The notes under the pieces are model-generated. The model searched no databases and had not been told where the DNA came from. It saw only the letters and a program-made list of their open reading frames with translations. The position numbers and the translations under genes are program-made. From a virus (lineage: Duplodnaviria; Heunggongvirae; Uroviricota; Caudoviricetes), in IMG/VR virus record IMGVR_UViG_3300037418_001222: DNA of 64,000 nt; one strand, 5' to 3'. Below are positions 50,137 to 60,060 of this stretch, one piece after another (the first letter of the stretch is position 1; every line of letters starts with the position of its first letter).

Positions 50137-51759
50137 CTAAGTAAGTGAATCGATATCTTTCTTAAGTTCTTTAATCGCTTCAATTAGAAGCGCAGTAAGT
50201 CTCTCATATCTAACAGTAAGATATTCAGGACCAATTCCAGCCTCTACAACCGCTTCTGGAAGTACCTTTTGAACTTCCTGAGCCGATACACCAACGTGAG
50301 GTCCCATATTTTCATATCCAAGACTTCGTGCTAATTCGTTTGGTTCATAATAGAAGCCATTAAGCTTCATAACTTTGTCTAGAGCGTTTTCAATTGATCC
50401 AAGCTTGGTTTTTAGTTTTTCATCAGAATATGATGCAGTGATATCGCCAGTTGCTCTAATATCACCGGTTGGTCCTGCCGGAGTGTTTACTCCAAGAGCA
50501 GTCATCTGATATGAGCTTCCTGAACTAAAGGTTCCAGTAGGTCCGGTTGGCCCGGTTGGACCTGTAGCTCCCTTAGATCCGGTGTATCCAATTGGCCCAG
50601 ATGGTCCTGTTGCACCAGTAGGACCCGTTGCGCCCGTTGGCCCTGTAGCACCCTGAGATCCGGTGAATCCAGTAGGACCCGTTGGACCCGCGATTCCCTG
50701 CGCCCCCTGAGGTCCGGTTGGCCCTGTCGCTCCTGCTGGGCCTGTAGGACCAGCAACGGTTGAGGCAGAACCAGTATATCCGATTGGTCCCTGTATTCCC
50801 TGTGGCCCGGTTGGACCTGTTGGTCCTGTTGGGCCCGTCGGTCCGGCTGGCCCTGTTGCACCCTGAGATCCGGTGAATCCAGTAGGACCAATTGGTCCTG
50901 CTTTATATGATCCATCACCAGCAAGGAATGTAGTACTATTTGCAGTTCCGGTTCCCAGATTAGTTGGAGAAACAACTCCATTCAATCTAGCTACAGGAAC
51001 AGTTCCTCCAGTCATAGTTCCAGTAAATGATACGTTTGATCCGAGTGCAGATACACCCGTTACACTGAAATTTCCACCAACCGAAGTATTGCCAACTACA
51101 TTAGCAATACCATTTATTTGTATTGTGGTTTCAAATGTAGCTATTCCGGAGAAAGATGTATTTCCAGCGAAATCAGCCGTTGTTGAAAATAAACCCCATC
51201 GATTAGTAGTATTACCTAGAAAGTAGGAATTACTTACCGGAATGAAATCACCAGTAGTGGTTCCAGATGAAATTGTATTTCCCGTGACGGATAAGTTTCC
51301 TCCTACTACTAGATCACCAACTATATTTGCTGTTAAAAATTTAGTTGAATCAGCAAAGATTACTGTTGAGTTAGCTACTGTATTACCAGTTGTAAATCCA
51401 ACCGATGTAATTGCGGTGTTAATAGTCGAATTACCAATTGAGAACCTGGTAGTTCCAATCACAACGTTAGAACCGATTAAAACCTTAGTTCCAGTTGAGA
51501 TATCAGAAGCGGCATTTATAGTTGAATTAAACTGCGCGTTTCCACCAACAGTCACGGTTGATGAAATATTAGCTACATTAAGTGTAGTTATAGCCGCAAA
51601 AGAAACGTTTCCTGAAACATTAGCTGTTCCAACAATATCGACATTAGCGCCGGGAGTAGATGTGTTGATTCCAACCTGACCGGTCGATCCTTTAGCAACA
51701 ATTAAGTTGCCGTTAGCAATAAGACCATTTTTAGCGATAAATTCTTTGTTCTGGGCCAC
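50137..51759 (-). CDS. Collagen-like tail fibre with C-terminal intramolecular chaperone (peptidase S74)
   Basis: About 40 Gly-X-Y triplets rich in GPT; YSDEKLK...GVSAQEV..V.PEAV...V.YE...[10 protein letters not shown]. Confidence 0.88.
   Translation of the reverse strand: MAQNKEFIAKNGLIANGNLIVAKGSTGQVGINTSTPGANVDIVGTANVSGNVSFAAITTLNVANISSTVTVGGNAQFNSTINAASDISTGTKVLIGSNVVIGTTRFSIGNSTINTAITSVGFTTGNTVANSTVIFADSTKFLTANIVGDLVVGGNLSVTGNTISSGTTTGDFIPVSNSYFLGNTTNRWGLFSTTADFAGNTSFSGIATFETTIQINGIANVVGNTSVGGNFSVTGVSALGSNVSFTGTMTGGTVPVARLNGVVSPTNLGTGTANSTTFLAGDGSYKAGPIGPTGFTGSQGATGPAGPTGPTGPTGPTGPQGIQGPIGYTGSASTVAGPTGPAGATGPTGPQGAQGIAGPTGPTGFTGSQGATGPTGATGPTGATGPSGPIGYTGSKGATGPTGPTGPTGTFSSGSSYQMTALGVNTPAGPTGDIRATGDITASYSDEKLKTKLGSIENALDKVMKLNGFYYEPNELARSLGYENMGPHVGVSAQEVQKVLPEAVVEAGIGPEYLTVRYERLTALLIEAIKELKKDIDSLT
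50520..50900 (-). repeat. Collagen-like Gly-X-Y coding repeat (GPT/GAT/GPQ)
   Basis: Imperfect 9-nt periodic repeats; duplicated [13 protein letters not shown] block. Confidence 0.9.
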
Positions 51760-51796
51760 GGTTCCCTCTCCCTCGCGCTTAGTTTATAAGAATTAT

Positions 51797-52417
51797 TTAG
51801 GTCGATATCAATACTCTAGCAACGTTTATTTGTACATTAGCTACAGTTGGAGTGACTAACAATCGAACATTCCCACTAGAGATATCAGATGAGAAAGTTG
51901 CTAGGCTTGAGTTGCTAAGAAGAGTAGCATATTCGGTAGTATACGTAGTAGTACCATCTTGCAGTAGAAGAATTTCGGTCACCTGATAATTTGAATTTAC
52001 CGGATCGGTGACTGAGATTACATATTTTGCTGATCTATATGTAGTCGCGGAAAATGTGTCTACTGGTTGAAGACTCGTGTTAGAAGTTGTCATTCTAACA
52101 CCATGCTCATGGACAATGCTATTGGCTCCAAGAGTGACACCAGGATTAACTATCACCGTGTTTGCGTTGAATGTAGTATTCGATGCAATTGTTAGCGATG
52201 AGTTAGCTATAGTGTTTCCACCGGATAGCGTAGAGCATACTAGAGTATTCGATCCAAACTTACCAATTACGAATCCCGTTCCAGTGGTTATAGCACCATT
52301 AGCGGAATTATTTGCAGTGACTATCTCAGTATTAGCTAGATCGATAAGATTGTTGCACTTCACAATCCACGCATAGAACGTGTCCATGGAAGTATCAATA
52401 GCGGGAAGTTGTTTCAT
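51797..52417 (-). CDS. Virion structural protein (fibre-associated)
   Basis: DTF..TTYRSAKYVI.V...YQ..EILL.QDG...Y.TEYA pattern of T4-like structural proteins. Confidence 0.7.
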   Translation of the reverse strand: MKQLPAIDTSMDTFYAWIVKCNNLIDLANTEIVTANNSANGAITTGTGFVIGKFGSNTLVCSTLSGGNTIANSSLTIASNTTFNANTVIVNPGVTLGANSIVHEHGVRMTTSNTSLQPVDTFSATTYRSAKYVISVTDPVNSNYQVTEILLLQDGTTTYTTEYATLLSNSSLATFSSDISSGNVRLLVTPTVANVQINVARVLIST

Positions 52418-52616
52418 CTATTCTTCTCTCTAGTTCGATCATCTTCTTATTTAGATAATCAATCTGTTTCTTTAGATCCAAGATTAGTTTTGTTTTTTCT
52501 CTCTCGGACTTATATCTCATCCACGCTAATTCATCATCATTAATGATAATTCCGGTCTCGTTAACAAAGAAGCCGGCGTGATTCGTTTTTCTTAGATCAC
52601 TACCATCATTTGCCAT
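52395..52616 (-). CDS. Conserved small coiled-coil protein
   Basis: ORF track; typical position after DUF4815/VrlC-like genes. Confidence 0.7.
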   Translation of the reverse strand: MANDGSDLRKTNHAGFFVNETGIIINDDELAWMRYKSEREKTKLILDLKKQIDYLNKKMIELERRIDETTSRY

Positions 52617-55207
52617 TACGCAGAAACACCCACTGCTCTAGTATCCCATATCTTTGGAACGATAGCTATATTGTCAGAGGTTAACACTAGTTTTATCTGG
52701 AATGTGTTATAAGCATCATGCTTACTCATTGCTGAGTCGTAATATCTAACAATAGATGAGTTTGGTGAGTAAATAAATGCTTGAAATGGAGTTCCAATTT
52801 CTGAATTAGCTCCATTAGCTGGTCTACCAACAAGATCAACCTTACAGTTAGTTCCAACCAGGTCTGGATCTGATACTGAGTCATCAAGGGTTATGTAAGA
52901 AGAATTTGCGATATTTCTTACAACAGAAATCATAAAGTTTTCTGGAAACAACTCCGAATATATCTTGACTACATCATTTACCTGTAGATCAACATCCCAT
53001 GCCGAATTTATTCCAGTTATATCTGTGTTTGATAGAGTTAGAGTCGCATATCCAGTGATGGTATTTACTGACGCTGGGCTTGATGGAATACCCCAAGTTA
53101 ATTCTACAATGTCATTTTCATCCGTTAGAGAACTGACGTATGTAGCATTGTTGCTCCTTAACTCTAGAAGCGTCCAGTCCTTATCATCAAACGACTCTTG
53201 ATCATCATTTGCATGAATTCTCGCATATGCGTATACATTAGTGTTCACTGGTTTATAAACATCAGAATAAACAACTAGATCTTCAGCATTTCTATCTTCA
53301 GCAAAAGATACTTTTTCTGAGATATGGCGAGCCTTAGCATTTCCATGACCCTTAGTCTCACCGGTAATATCATTGTTGATGATATATGAATAATTGTATA
53401 CCACACCATGAGAAACAACTGGAGCAGTGTAAATATTAGTCGATGTAAGAGGTAGTTCTAATAGGGAAGAGCTCTTAACTTTGGTCGTATGAATCGAACC
53501 ATTAGCAAGAGTTATCGAAACATTTGCCGCCTTCTTTTGGATTAAGGAGTGTGATGGAATCACGTGTACTCGTGAGTCATTTACACTAGAATCCTGAACT
53601 CTAGAATTTCTTCGAGGAGTGACCGGTAGATTAAATGCTGTATTAGCCTGGTTGACGATATGTTCATATCCAGGAAACACATGGAATGGGAAGTGGTTCA
53701 CAAATTGAACATCTACGTGTTGGTTATATTGAACCACTGCGTTAGGAAGTGTTCTATTTACCGGAATAGATGTGACAATGACATCAGCAATCTGCGCGTT
53801 AGATTCAGCGGCGCGTAGTAGAGATCCAGTACTGAATGAAATATTCGCTCCCGATCCATTTGACGAGGTGATTGATAGAGCGGTGTTGGTTACAAATCCA
53901 TATCCAGAATTTGTAACTGAAATTCCCGTTATAGTTCCAGCGCCATTTGTAACAATCGTAGCAGAAGCATTAGCATAATCTTCAATATACGATATATGTT
54001 GAGGGTCAGAATTATTAGAATTTAGAACAGGATAGATTGTTATTACATCAGAATTACTGTAACCAATTCCACCAGAATTGATTGTTACTGATTGAAGATA
54101 GTTGTTAACAAATCTAACTGTAGAATTAGCATTAGACTTGCTAAGCTTAACAATATCCGTCTTTCTAGCACTATAACTTACAAAAGTGTTTGATGTGTAA
54201 TCAAACCAACGCCCAGTAAAGTAATGGAAATCAAAATTTTCAAGCCTTGCCACACCGGTAACTGAGAATGTTGCGGCGTTATTGGTGAAGATTGGTAGTC
54301 TCTCTAACTGAAGTTGAGTATTTGATAGAACCGAATGTATCTTAACAACATCAACATTAGCACTAGAGTTTGCACCATTCCTTAGAACAATGTATGTATT
54401 ATCTTCTAAAACTGGATCTACACTTAGTTCTAGAGTTCTTACATTTGTATTTCCCAAGAATATAGTCGAAAAGTTTATGTTATTTGACGATGTAACGACT
54501 AATGATTGGGAATTTACAGAAATGATTCCATAGATAACCGGAGTCTCTAGGAAAAAAAGCTCTCCAATTCTCATCCTATCCGGATTAGATGTATTTGGAT
54601 GATACCTATTATAGACGATATGCTCAGCCTGTTCAGCAGGAAGAACATACGTATCCGTCACTGTAGTTGCCGAGGTATTAGCGGAAAAAATACAAGAGTA
54701 TACTGTAAACTTTAGGTCGGTATTCTTTACAGAATTCCAGCTATCGTCATCGAGATTGGTGCAATTAAATAACTGTCCAACATTTTTAGCATTTGCGCCA
54801 GATGTAATAGTATTGGTTTTAACTAGATACTCACCTTCTTTGCACGTCCAGAGGTCAAATTCTTCATCACCATCAAATAGAACAAGAATAGCATAAGTCT
54901 TGTTTGTAGGAACAATTAGTGGCTTTGAGAACTTGAATTTTGTAGGAATAGATGCATCGGCAGAAGCAATAATCTCTACATATTCTTTCCTAGAGATACC
55001 GGTTTCGTAGATATGGTCGATATCAGGAACACCTTTATCCTTTGTAGTGGAAAGATAGACGGTCACTCCTGGGTTTGTAATACCACTTCTGTTCTTCTGG
55101 TTTTTTGGAATTCTCTTGAAGTACAGATCAACCGCGTCAAGAACAACGTGTTCGGCATTACTGACGATTGATTTGTCGATATAAAATGTTTGTGCTAATG
55201 CCGACAT
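52616..55207 (-). CDS. Large structural protein, VrlC/DUF4815 C-terminal-like part
   Basis: LAQTF...DLYF, FK(F)SKP, DLKFTVY, KARHIS..V.F, FQIKLVL.S...VP.I.D.RA. Confidence 0.75.
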   Translation of the reverse strand: MSALAQTFYIDKSIVSNAEHVVLDAVDLYFKRIPKNQKNRSGITNPGVTVYLSTTKDKGVPDIDHIYETGISRKEYVEIIASADASIPTKFKFSKPLIVPTNKTYAILVLFDGDEEFDLWTCKEGEYLVKTNTITSGANAKNVGQLFNCTNLDDDSWNSVKNTDLKFTVYSCIFSANTSATTVTDTYVLPAEQAEHIVYNRYHPNTSNPDRMRIGELFFLETPVIYGIISVNSQSLVVTSSNNINFSTIFLGNTNVRTLELSVDPVLEDNTYIVLRNGANSSANVDVVKIHSVLSNTQLQLERLPIFTNNAATFSVTGVARLENFDFHYFTGRWFDYTSNTFVSYSARKTDIVKLSKSNANSTVRFVNNYLQSVTINSGGIGYSNSDVITIYPVLNSNNSDPQHISYIEDYANASATIVTNGAGTITGISVTNSGYGFVTNTALSITSSNGSGANISFSTGSLLRAAESNAQIADVIVTSIPVNRTLPNAVVQYNQHVDVQFVNHFPFHVFPGYEHIVNQANTAFNLPVTPRRNSRVQDSSVNDSRVHVIPSHSLIQKKAANVSITLANGSIHTTKVKSSSLLELPLTSTNIYTAPVVSHGVVYNYSYIINNDITGETKGHGNAKARHISEKVSFAEDRNAEDLVVYSDVYKPVNTNVYAYARIHANDDQESFDDKDWTLLELRSNNATYVSSLTDENDIVELTWGIPSSPASVNTITGYATLTLSNTDITGINSAWDVDLQVNDVVKIYSELFPENFMISVVRNIANSSYITLDDSVSDPDLVGTNCKVDLVGRPANGANSEIGTPFQAFIYSPNSSIVRYYDSAMSKHDAYNTFQIKLVLTSDNIAIVPKIWDTRAVGVSA

Positions 55208-55233
55208 TCAAAGCTCCAATTTAATAGTACTAC

Positions 55234-58200
55234 TTATAGAGATATAGTACGTAATCTGCTTGCCGATCTGATTACAGCTACTGGCTCTGGAACATCCTTA
55301 ATCACAGAGATCGAGTCATTCGAAGTACTAACAGTAGTGTTACTAGTTGGAACCGAAATAGGACTATTTTGACCACTCTCAATCTTTAGAATGAAAGATG
55401 CCACAGATGTATCGTCATCAGATGTAACACTTACATAATATGCACTTGGAATGGTGTGCTGAATACTAGTTCCATATACGAACTCAAGTGAGTCTAATAC
55501 AGAGTTATCTACTAGCATTTCAAATATAACCTTTCCACTTGAATCAGTGGTGATCGTAGCATCATTTGATAGAACTCCAGTTCCAGACGTAATCTTTGGT
55601 TTAGCCGTGATATTATTTCTAAAATCACCAATTGCAACACTATGTCTAGTTGATGGTCTTAGGCCAGAAATCGTAACCGTGCTAACAACTCCAACCGAGC
55701 AATATGTTGACTTACCAAAGTTCTGATGCATTGTTGCAGTAGTAATCGTACCAGGAGAAATATTCGTCAGGGTGCCATAGTGATATACAGTAGAAATGCT
55801 TGATGATGGTGGTGTAGGACCAACATAAATGCTACTGTCTACTGGGAAGGTTAGAGTGTATTCCCAATATGGACTCTGTCTAAGAACACTAAACATATAT
55901 TCACGACCAGTTGATGGATCATGATTGAATGTTAGAAGACCAGTTTGAACCAAACTATTAGAGAATAGAGTAGTTATGGCTCCATTGCTATTCTTCTTAG
56001 AAATGGTCAGTGTATCTGGTCTAGCAAAGAAATCATAGTCAATAGTATAGGTGCTAGGAACACTCGAGAACGTTATCCATCCAGAATTTGCAATTCTAGA
56101 CTGTCCCGTAGAATCCTGGGTAACGAATAGTGATACAAACTTAGCGGTATTTGCAACAACCGTGTTTGAAGATGTATTTGAACTAGTGTTAGAAGATGGA
56201 GGTGGAGTAGATGCCAAATTCTGAGACACTAGAACAATATCACCCTGGCATGCTCCAGTTCCGGGATCTGGTGGTCCATGATTAACACTAACAGAGTGTG
56301 CGATAGGTACTACTTTAGAATCCACAACCTGACATGCATATTCAACATGGGTCGTGTCAGAATAAGCCGTAGTTGAGTAATCATCGGCAAAGAACCCAAA
56401 CTTGAATCGATCAAGACCAGGAGACGCAACTGAAGGAATCACTTTGTCTTTTAGATCTGACTCGACTAGACTCAACGCTACTGTGTATTCTAGATCCTTA
56501 ATTCTACGCTCAAGTCGACCAATATCAGCCATTGAATATCCCTTTGGCTGATCAAAAACTTGTTCTGCAGCATCAAGCTCCACAGAAATTGTGTGGTTCT
56601 TCATACGGTTAATCAGATACTTTTCACTACCCATCTTTTTGTCAAGAATTGTCTTCATTGTAGATGAAAACAGACTTGGGATGCATGGATATGGTGGGAC
56701 GTCTACAGCATTAAGTAGAAGAACTCCCGGAGGAGAAGTTGGTTTCACAGGATTATCGGCCGGTCTTCCTCTGATAACATTTATCAACTCATCCTTAGTG
56801 ATTACAACGAGGTCCTTTCTTCCTAGGAAAGTATCTCTATCATAAGTCAAACCAGATTGAGGAAGTGGAAACTTCTTTGAACTTCCAGAGAATGAAAGTG
56901 TTGAGCTTGGATTTGTATTAGCTAAAGCCGATGTTTTTGCATAACTTGCCGTTGCAGTAGCCACTGGTCTAAAGTCAATACAGTTGAGTAGATCGAAATA
57001 TGATCCTCCAGGAGTATACATCTCTGGAACCTCAAATGAATTTACTTTAGTTCCTAGGGAAGCTAGATCAAGAGAATCATCCGCAAATCTCTGAGCAGTA
57101 TTTGATGAAACATACGAATTAATGGTATATACACCACCACTTGATGTAAATGCATCAAATTGAACTAGAAGCCAGCTACTAGTTGAAAGAGTAATATTTG
57201 AGTCAGTTCTCTTGAAGAGATATCCTAGATTGTAGAAATCCGGAGTTTGATTATGATCGATATAGAATTGACTCGTAACGTCAGTCGATGCAGTGTTTAC
57301 CGACGATGAGGTACCAAGGAATACACCCTTAAGTCTAAAGATGTCAGGAATTCCTAGGCACCATGGCCCATTTAGATTGGCGCTAGAAGGATTAATCTTA
57401 ACAAAGTTATCTCTCTCAACGGTTTTAGATTGAGGAGTTGCTCCAGTTACCTTCACATCATATGTTAGATTGCATGATATAGCTGATGCAGAATTGATGT
57501 TTGAATTCATATTAATGTTAAGTGTAGTTCCACCACCCGATAGAGTAGCTGTGGCTCCACTTACTCGATGAAGACCAATTGGAACATTCTTTGGATATGC
57601 GTGAGCAAACATTGCTGCAGTGTTCGAAAAGTTTGCCGAACTATCTAGCTGAAGAGTAGTTGATGTCTTATTAGTCACTCTTCTTAAAATATACGCCGAA
57701 CTGTTCGAGAATAGAGAAATGAAGTCTCCAATAGAATACTTGTTCACAGAGGCAGAACTTATTGTGATCGTATTAGATCCACTGGTTACGGCTGCTGTTC
57801 CATCCGAAGTAGTATTAGGAGTGAAAATAACATCGCTTCCTGGAACGAGAATAATAGTCTTTTTCTCGGTGTCAGTTAGTGTTGAAGACTCATATGCAAA
57901 TGTTTCAGTAGGATCAGATAGAAGGAAACTCAGCGTTCCGGTATTCGCTAGTGTTGGAGTGCTGGTCGTCTGTCTGTAAACGTAATTTAGATTACTGATA
58001 TTTCCGGTGCTATCAGATCCTGTTGGAAGTAGTAGTGTAGAGCCTTGAGTAGTTCCACCTAGAACACAGATGCTTGAATTCGTTGTAGCATCGAATGTTA
58101 GAACTACGTCAGCTAAAGCGGTAGTTCCAATCTTAGCTCCTTTAACATCTTTGAATGACATCCCTGCATTCATACTGATGTTGAATAGATACAACCTGTA

Positions 58201-60021
58201 AATAGCAGATGATGTTCCAGTTTCACCAGAATCGTAAACAATATTTCTAACTCTAGCACTTCCAATAGAGTTTCCAATTGGAGTCAGAGTTCCTGAATTA
58301 ATGCTAGTCGTATTAGATACGGCATGAGAAGCGGAGCTCAATAGAGTTATCGTTGATCCAATATTACAGTCCCAATCACCAGCAACTTCAGTGACTAACA
58401 CGTAATGTCCGTAGTCAATTGTTCTAGTTAAATTCTTCGCTGTATGTATGTCGATTCCTTTGTCGACATCTACAAAATAATTAGACTTCGTCTCCACTCT
58501 GTATCCATCAATATATCCACGACCTGGGTCGACTACGATTGAGAATGACTCACCTTCATTAGAAGTATTAGCAGGAGAAGTAGTGGTAACAAGAAACTTA
58601 TCAAGAACAAAGTCTCCAGCGCTCTCCTTTGTTCTAAGAGCCATTTCATCTGTGATAGAGTTAAACTCTGTTTCTCTTCTCTCAATGTAGGCGTCACCAT
58701 TAGAGAATTCAGCTAGAGTTAGGAACTCCTCATTAGCGGCCGCATCGTCACTACTTAAGACAGTTAGTGTTGGGGTTAGATTAAGTCTATCAGCTCCAGG
58801 AGCAAATTGATTTGGAGAACCTCCAGCATTATCAAGAAGGCTCTGATCGACATTTGAGTCGATGATCTCTTCTTGAGTTGTAAATCCAACGCACAGTTGA
58901 TCTGGTAGAGTAGTATATTTTGATACGATAATAGTCTGTGGTTCTACTCCAATGAAGCAACCCTTTTGATAGATTACTCCTTCAGAGATACCGAAGGCGT
59001 ATCCCTTTCCTACAGAATTGCTCTTTGTGGAGACGGTTACTTGAGCAATATAGTTATGCGCCACTAGATCCAGAGTAGTATAATTTCTACTACCAATAGT
59101 AGAGTTAATTCCAGAAGACTTAACCGTTACAAATGGCTCAACATAATAGTTCTCACCCGGTGATGTAACACTTATGCTGGTGATCTTTCCAATATCGGCA
59201 GATGTACTCAATAGAGCAGCAGCTCCAGATCCAATTACCTCATTGATATTAGCAGTTGTTCCCGATGAGGAACCAATAATCTCTGCTCCAGCATCAAATT
59301 GCCAAGTAGTAACGGATACTTCGGTGTTAGAAAGATCTGAAGTTGCTGGTTTAATCTTTAGAACCTGAACACCTTGATACGTGGTGATATCAGAAATTAC
59401 AGCTGAGTGTGCATTTCCAGTCTGAGTGATAGTCTCACCAATGGTAAATGCTGTATTTGAAGTGATATTGATCTTTAGAGCAGAACAGAATACCACCGTA
59501 TCGTTATTAGACCATCCAGAAGATCCATTATTAATCACTACTTCGTTAATTGAGTTTAGGTGATCATAGATCGTTAGGGATGAGCCTGAAGTAAACTGTA
59601 TAGTGTTAGATGAATTTCCAGAGTTGATATAACGAAGATAAAGAGTCTTTAGATCTGGATCGGTTGATTCAAATCCCTCTTCAGAGTTGATGATCTGAGC
59701 TGTAAGGTTGCTACTAGGATCAACAATGAATGCTCCAACATAGTTTGAAGGTAGAGCTGGAATACCATCAACCTGAGAATCATTTATCTTGATATAAGAA
59801 TAGTTAGGATAATAGACAAAGTTACATCCATCTATAATGGTTCCCCTCTTATAGATGTTGTTTCCAAACTTCTCGACTTGATTTTGAAGAATGGTTTGTA
59901 GTTGGTTTAATTCTCGAACCTGAACAGAGACGCCCGGCTTGAAGAGAATCTTATAGAAGTTCTTCTCTGAATCAAAGTCATCAAAGTATGGAGACACACT
60001 AAGGTCTTTGTTAATTGGCAT
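55234..60021 (-). CDS. Large structural protein, DUF4815 (VrlC N-terminal-like)
   Basis: SPYFDDFD..KNFYKILFKPG..VQ.RELNQLQ.ILQNQ, APGADR, YSMADIGRLE.RIK.LEY...LS, FK.GFFAD. Confidence 0.85.
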   Translation of the reverse strand: MPINKDLSVSPYFDDFDSEKNFYKILFKPGVSVQVRELNQLQTILQNQVEKFGNNIYKRGTIIDGCNFVYYPNYSYIKINDSQVDGIPALPSNYVGAFIVDPSSNLTAQIINSEEGFESTDPDLKTLYLRYINSGNSSNTIQFTSGSSLTIYDHLNSINEVVINNGSSGWSNNDTVVFCSALKINITSNTAFTIGETITQTGNAHSAVISDITTYQGVQVLKIKPATSDLSNTEVSVTTWQFDAGAEIIGSSSGTTANINEVIGSGAAALLSTSADIGKITSISVTSPGENYYVEPFVTVKSSGINSTIGSRNYTTLDLVAHNYIAQVTVSTKSNSVGKGYAFGISEGVIYQKGCFIGVEPQTIIVSKYTTLPDQLCVGFTTQEEIIDSNVDQSLLDNAGGSPNQFAPGADRLNLTPTLTVLSSDDAAANEEFLTLAEFSNGDAYIERRETEFNSITDEMALRTKESAGDFVLDKFLVTTTSPANTSNEGESFSIVVDPGRGYIDGYRVETKSNYFVDVDKGIDIHTAKNLTRTIDYGHYVLVTEVAGDWDCNIGSTITLLSSASHAVSNTTSINSGTLTPIGNSIGSARVRNIVYDSGETGTSSAIYRLYLFNISMNAGMSFKDVKGAKIGTTALADVVLTFDATTNSSICVLGGTTQGSTLLLPTGSDSTGNISNLNYVYRQTTSTPTLANTGTLSFLLSDPTETFAYESSTLTDTEKKTIILVPGSDVIFTPNTTSDGTAAVTSGSNTITISSASVNKYSIGDFISLFSNSSAYILRRVTNKTSTTLQLDSSANFSNTAAMFAHAYPKNVPIGLHRVSGATATLSGGGTTLNINMNSNINSASAISCNLTYDVKVTGATPQSKTVERDNFVKINPSSANLNGPWCLGIPDIFRLKGVFLGTSSSVNTASTDVTSQFYIDHNQTPDFYNLGYLFKRTDSNITLSTSSWLLVQFDAFTSSGGVYTINSYVSSNTAQRFADDSLDLASLGTKVNSFEVPEMYTPGGSYFDLLNCIDFRPVATATASYAKTSALANTNPSSTLSFSGSSKKFPLPQSGLTYDRDTFLGRKDLVVITKDELINVIRGRPADNPVKPTSPPGVLLLNAVDVPPYPCIPSLFSSTMKTILDKKMGSEKYLINRMKNHTISVELDAAEQVFDQPKGYSMADIGRLERRIKDLEYTVALSLVESDLKDKVIPSVASPGLDRFKFGFFADDYSTTAYSDTTHVEYACQVVDSKVVPIAHSVSVNHGPPDPGTGACQGDIVLVSQNLASTPPPSSNTSSNTSSNTVVANTAKFVSLFVTQDSTGQSRIANSGWITFSSVPSTYTIDYDFFARPDTLTISKKNSNGAITTLFSNSLVQTGLLTFNHDPSTGREYMFSVLRQSPYWEYTLTFPVDSSIYVGPTPPSSSISTVYHYGTLTNISPGTITTATMHQNFGKSTYCSVGVVSTVTISGLRPSTRHSVAIGDFRNNITAKPKITSGTGVLSNDATITTDSSGKVIFEMLVDNSVLDSLEFVYGTSIQHTIPSAYYVSVTSDDDTSVASFILKIESGQNSPISVPTSNTTVSTSNDSISVIKDVPEPVAVIRSASRLRTISL

Positions 60022-60050
60022 CTACTATTCCTATGCAAAACCGGTTAATC

Positions 60051-60058
60051 TATTTATC
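60051..60058 (-). promoter_or_regulatory. Late promoter variant
   Basis: GATAAATA upstream of the DUF4815 gene. Confidence 0.5.
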
Positions 60059-60060
60059 GA

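Noticed and set aside
50520-50900. Periodic repeats as a possible CRISPR array or VNTR
   Set aside because: They are in-frame Gly-X-Y collagen codons with no constant-repeat/unique-spacer pattern.
37591-59368. Plus-strand ORFs antisense to structural genes (e.g. 37591-37986, 44155-44445, 51242-51679, 57719-57979)
   Set aside because: Expected antisense shadows of codon-biased or repetitive genes; no promoter or SD support.
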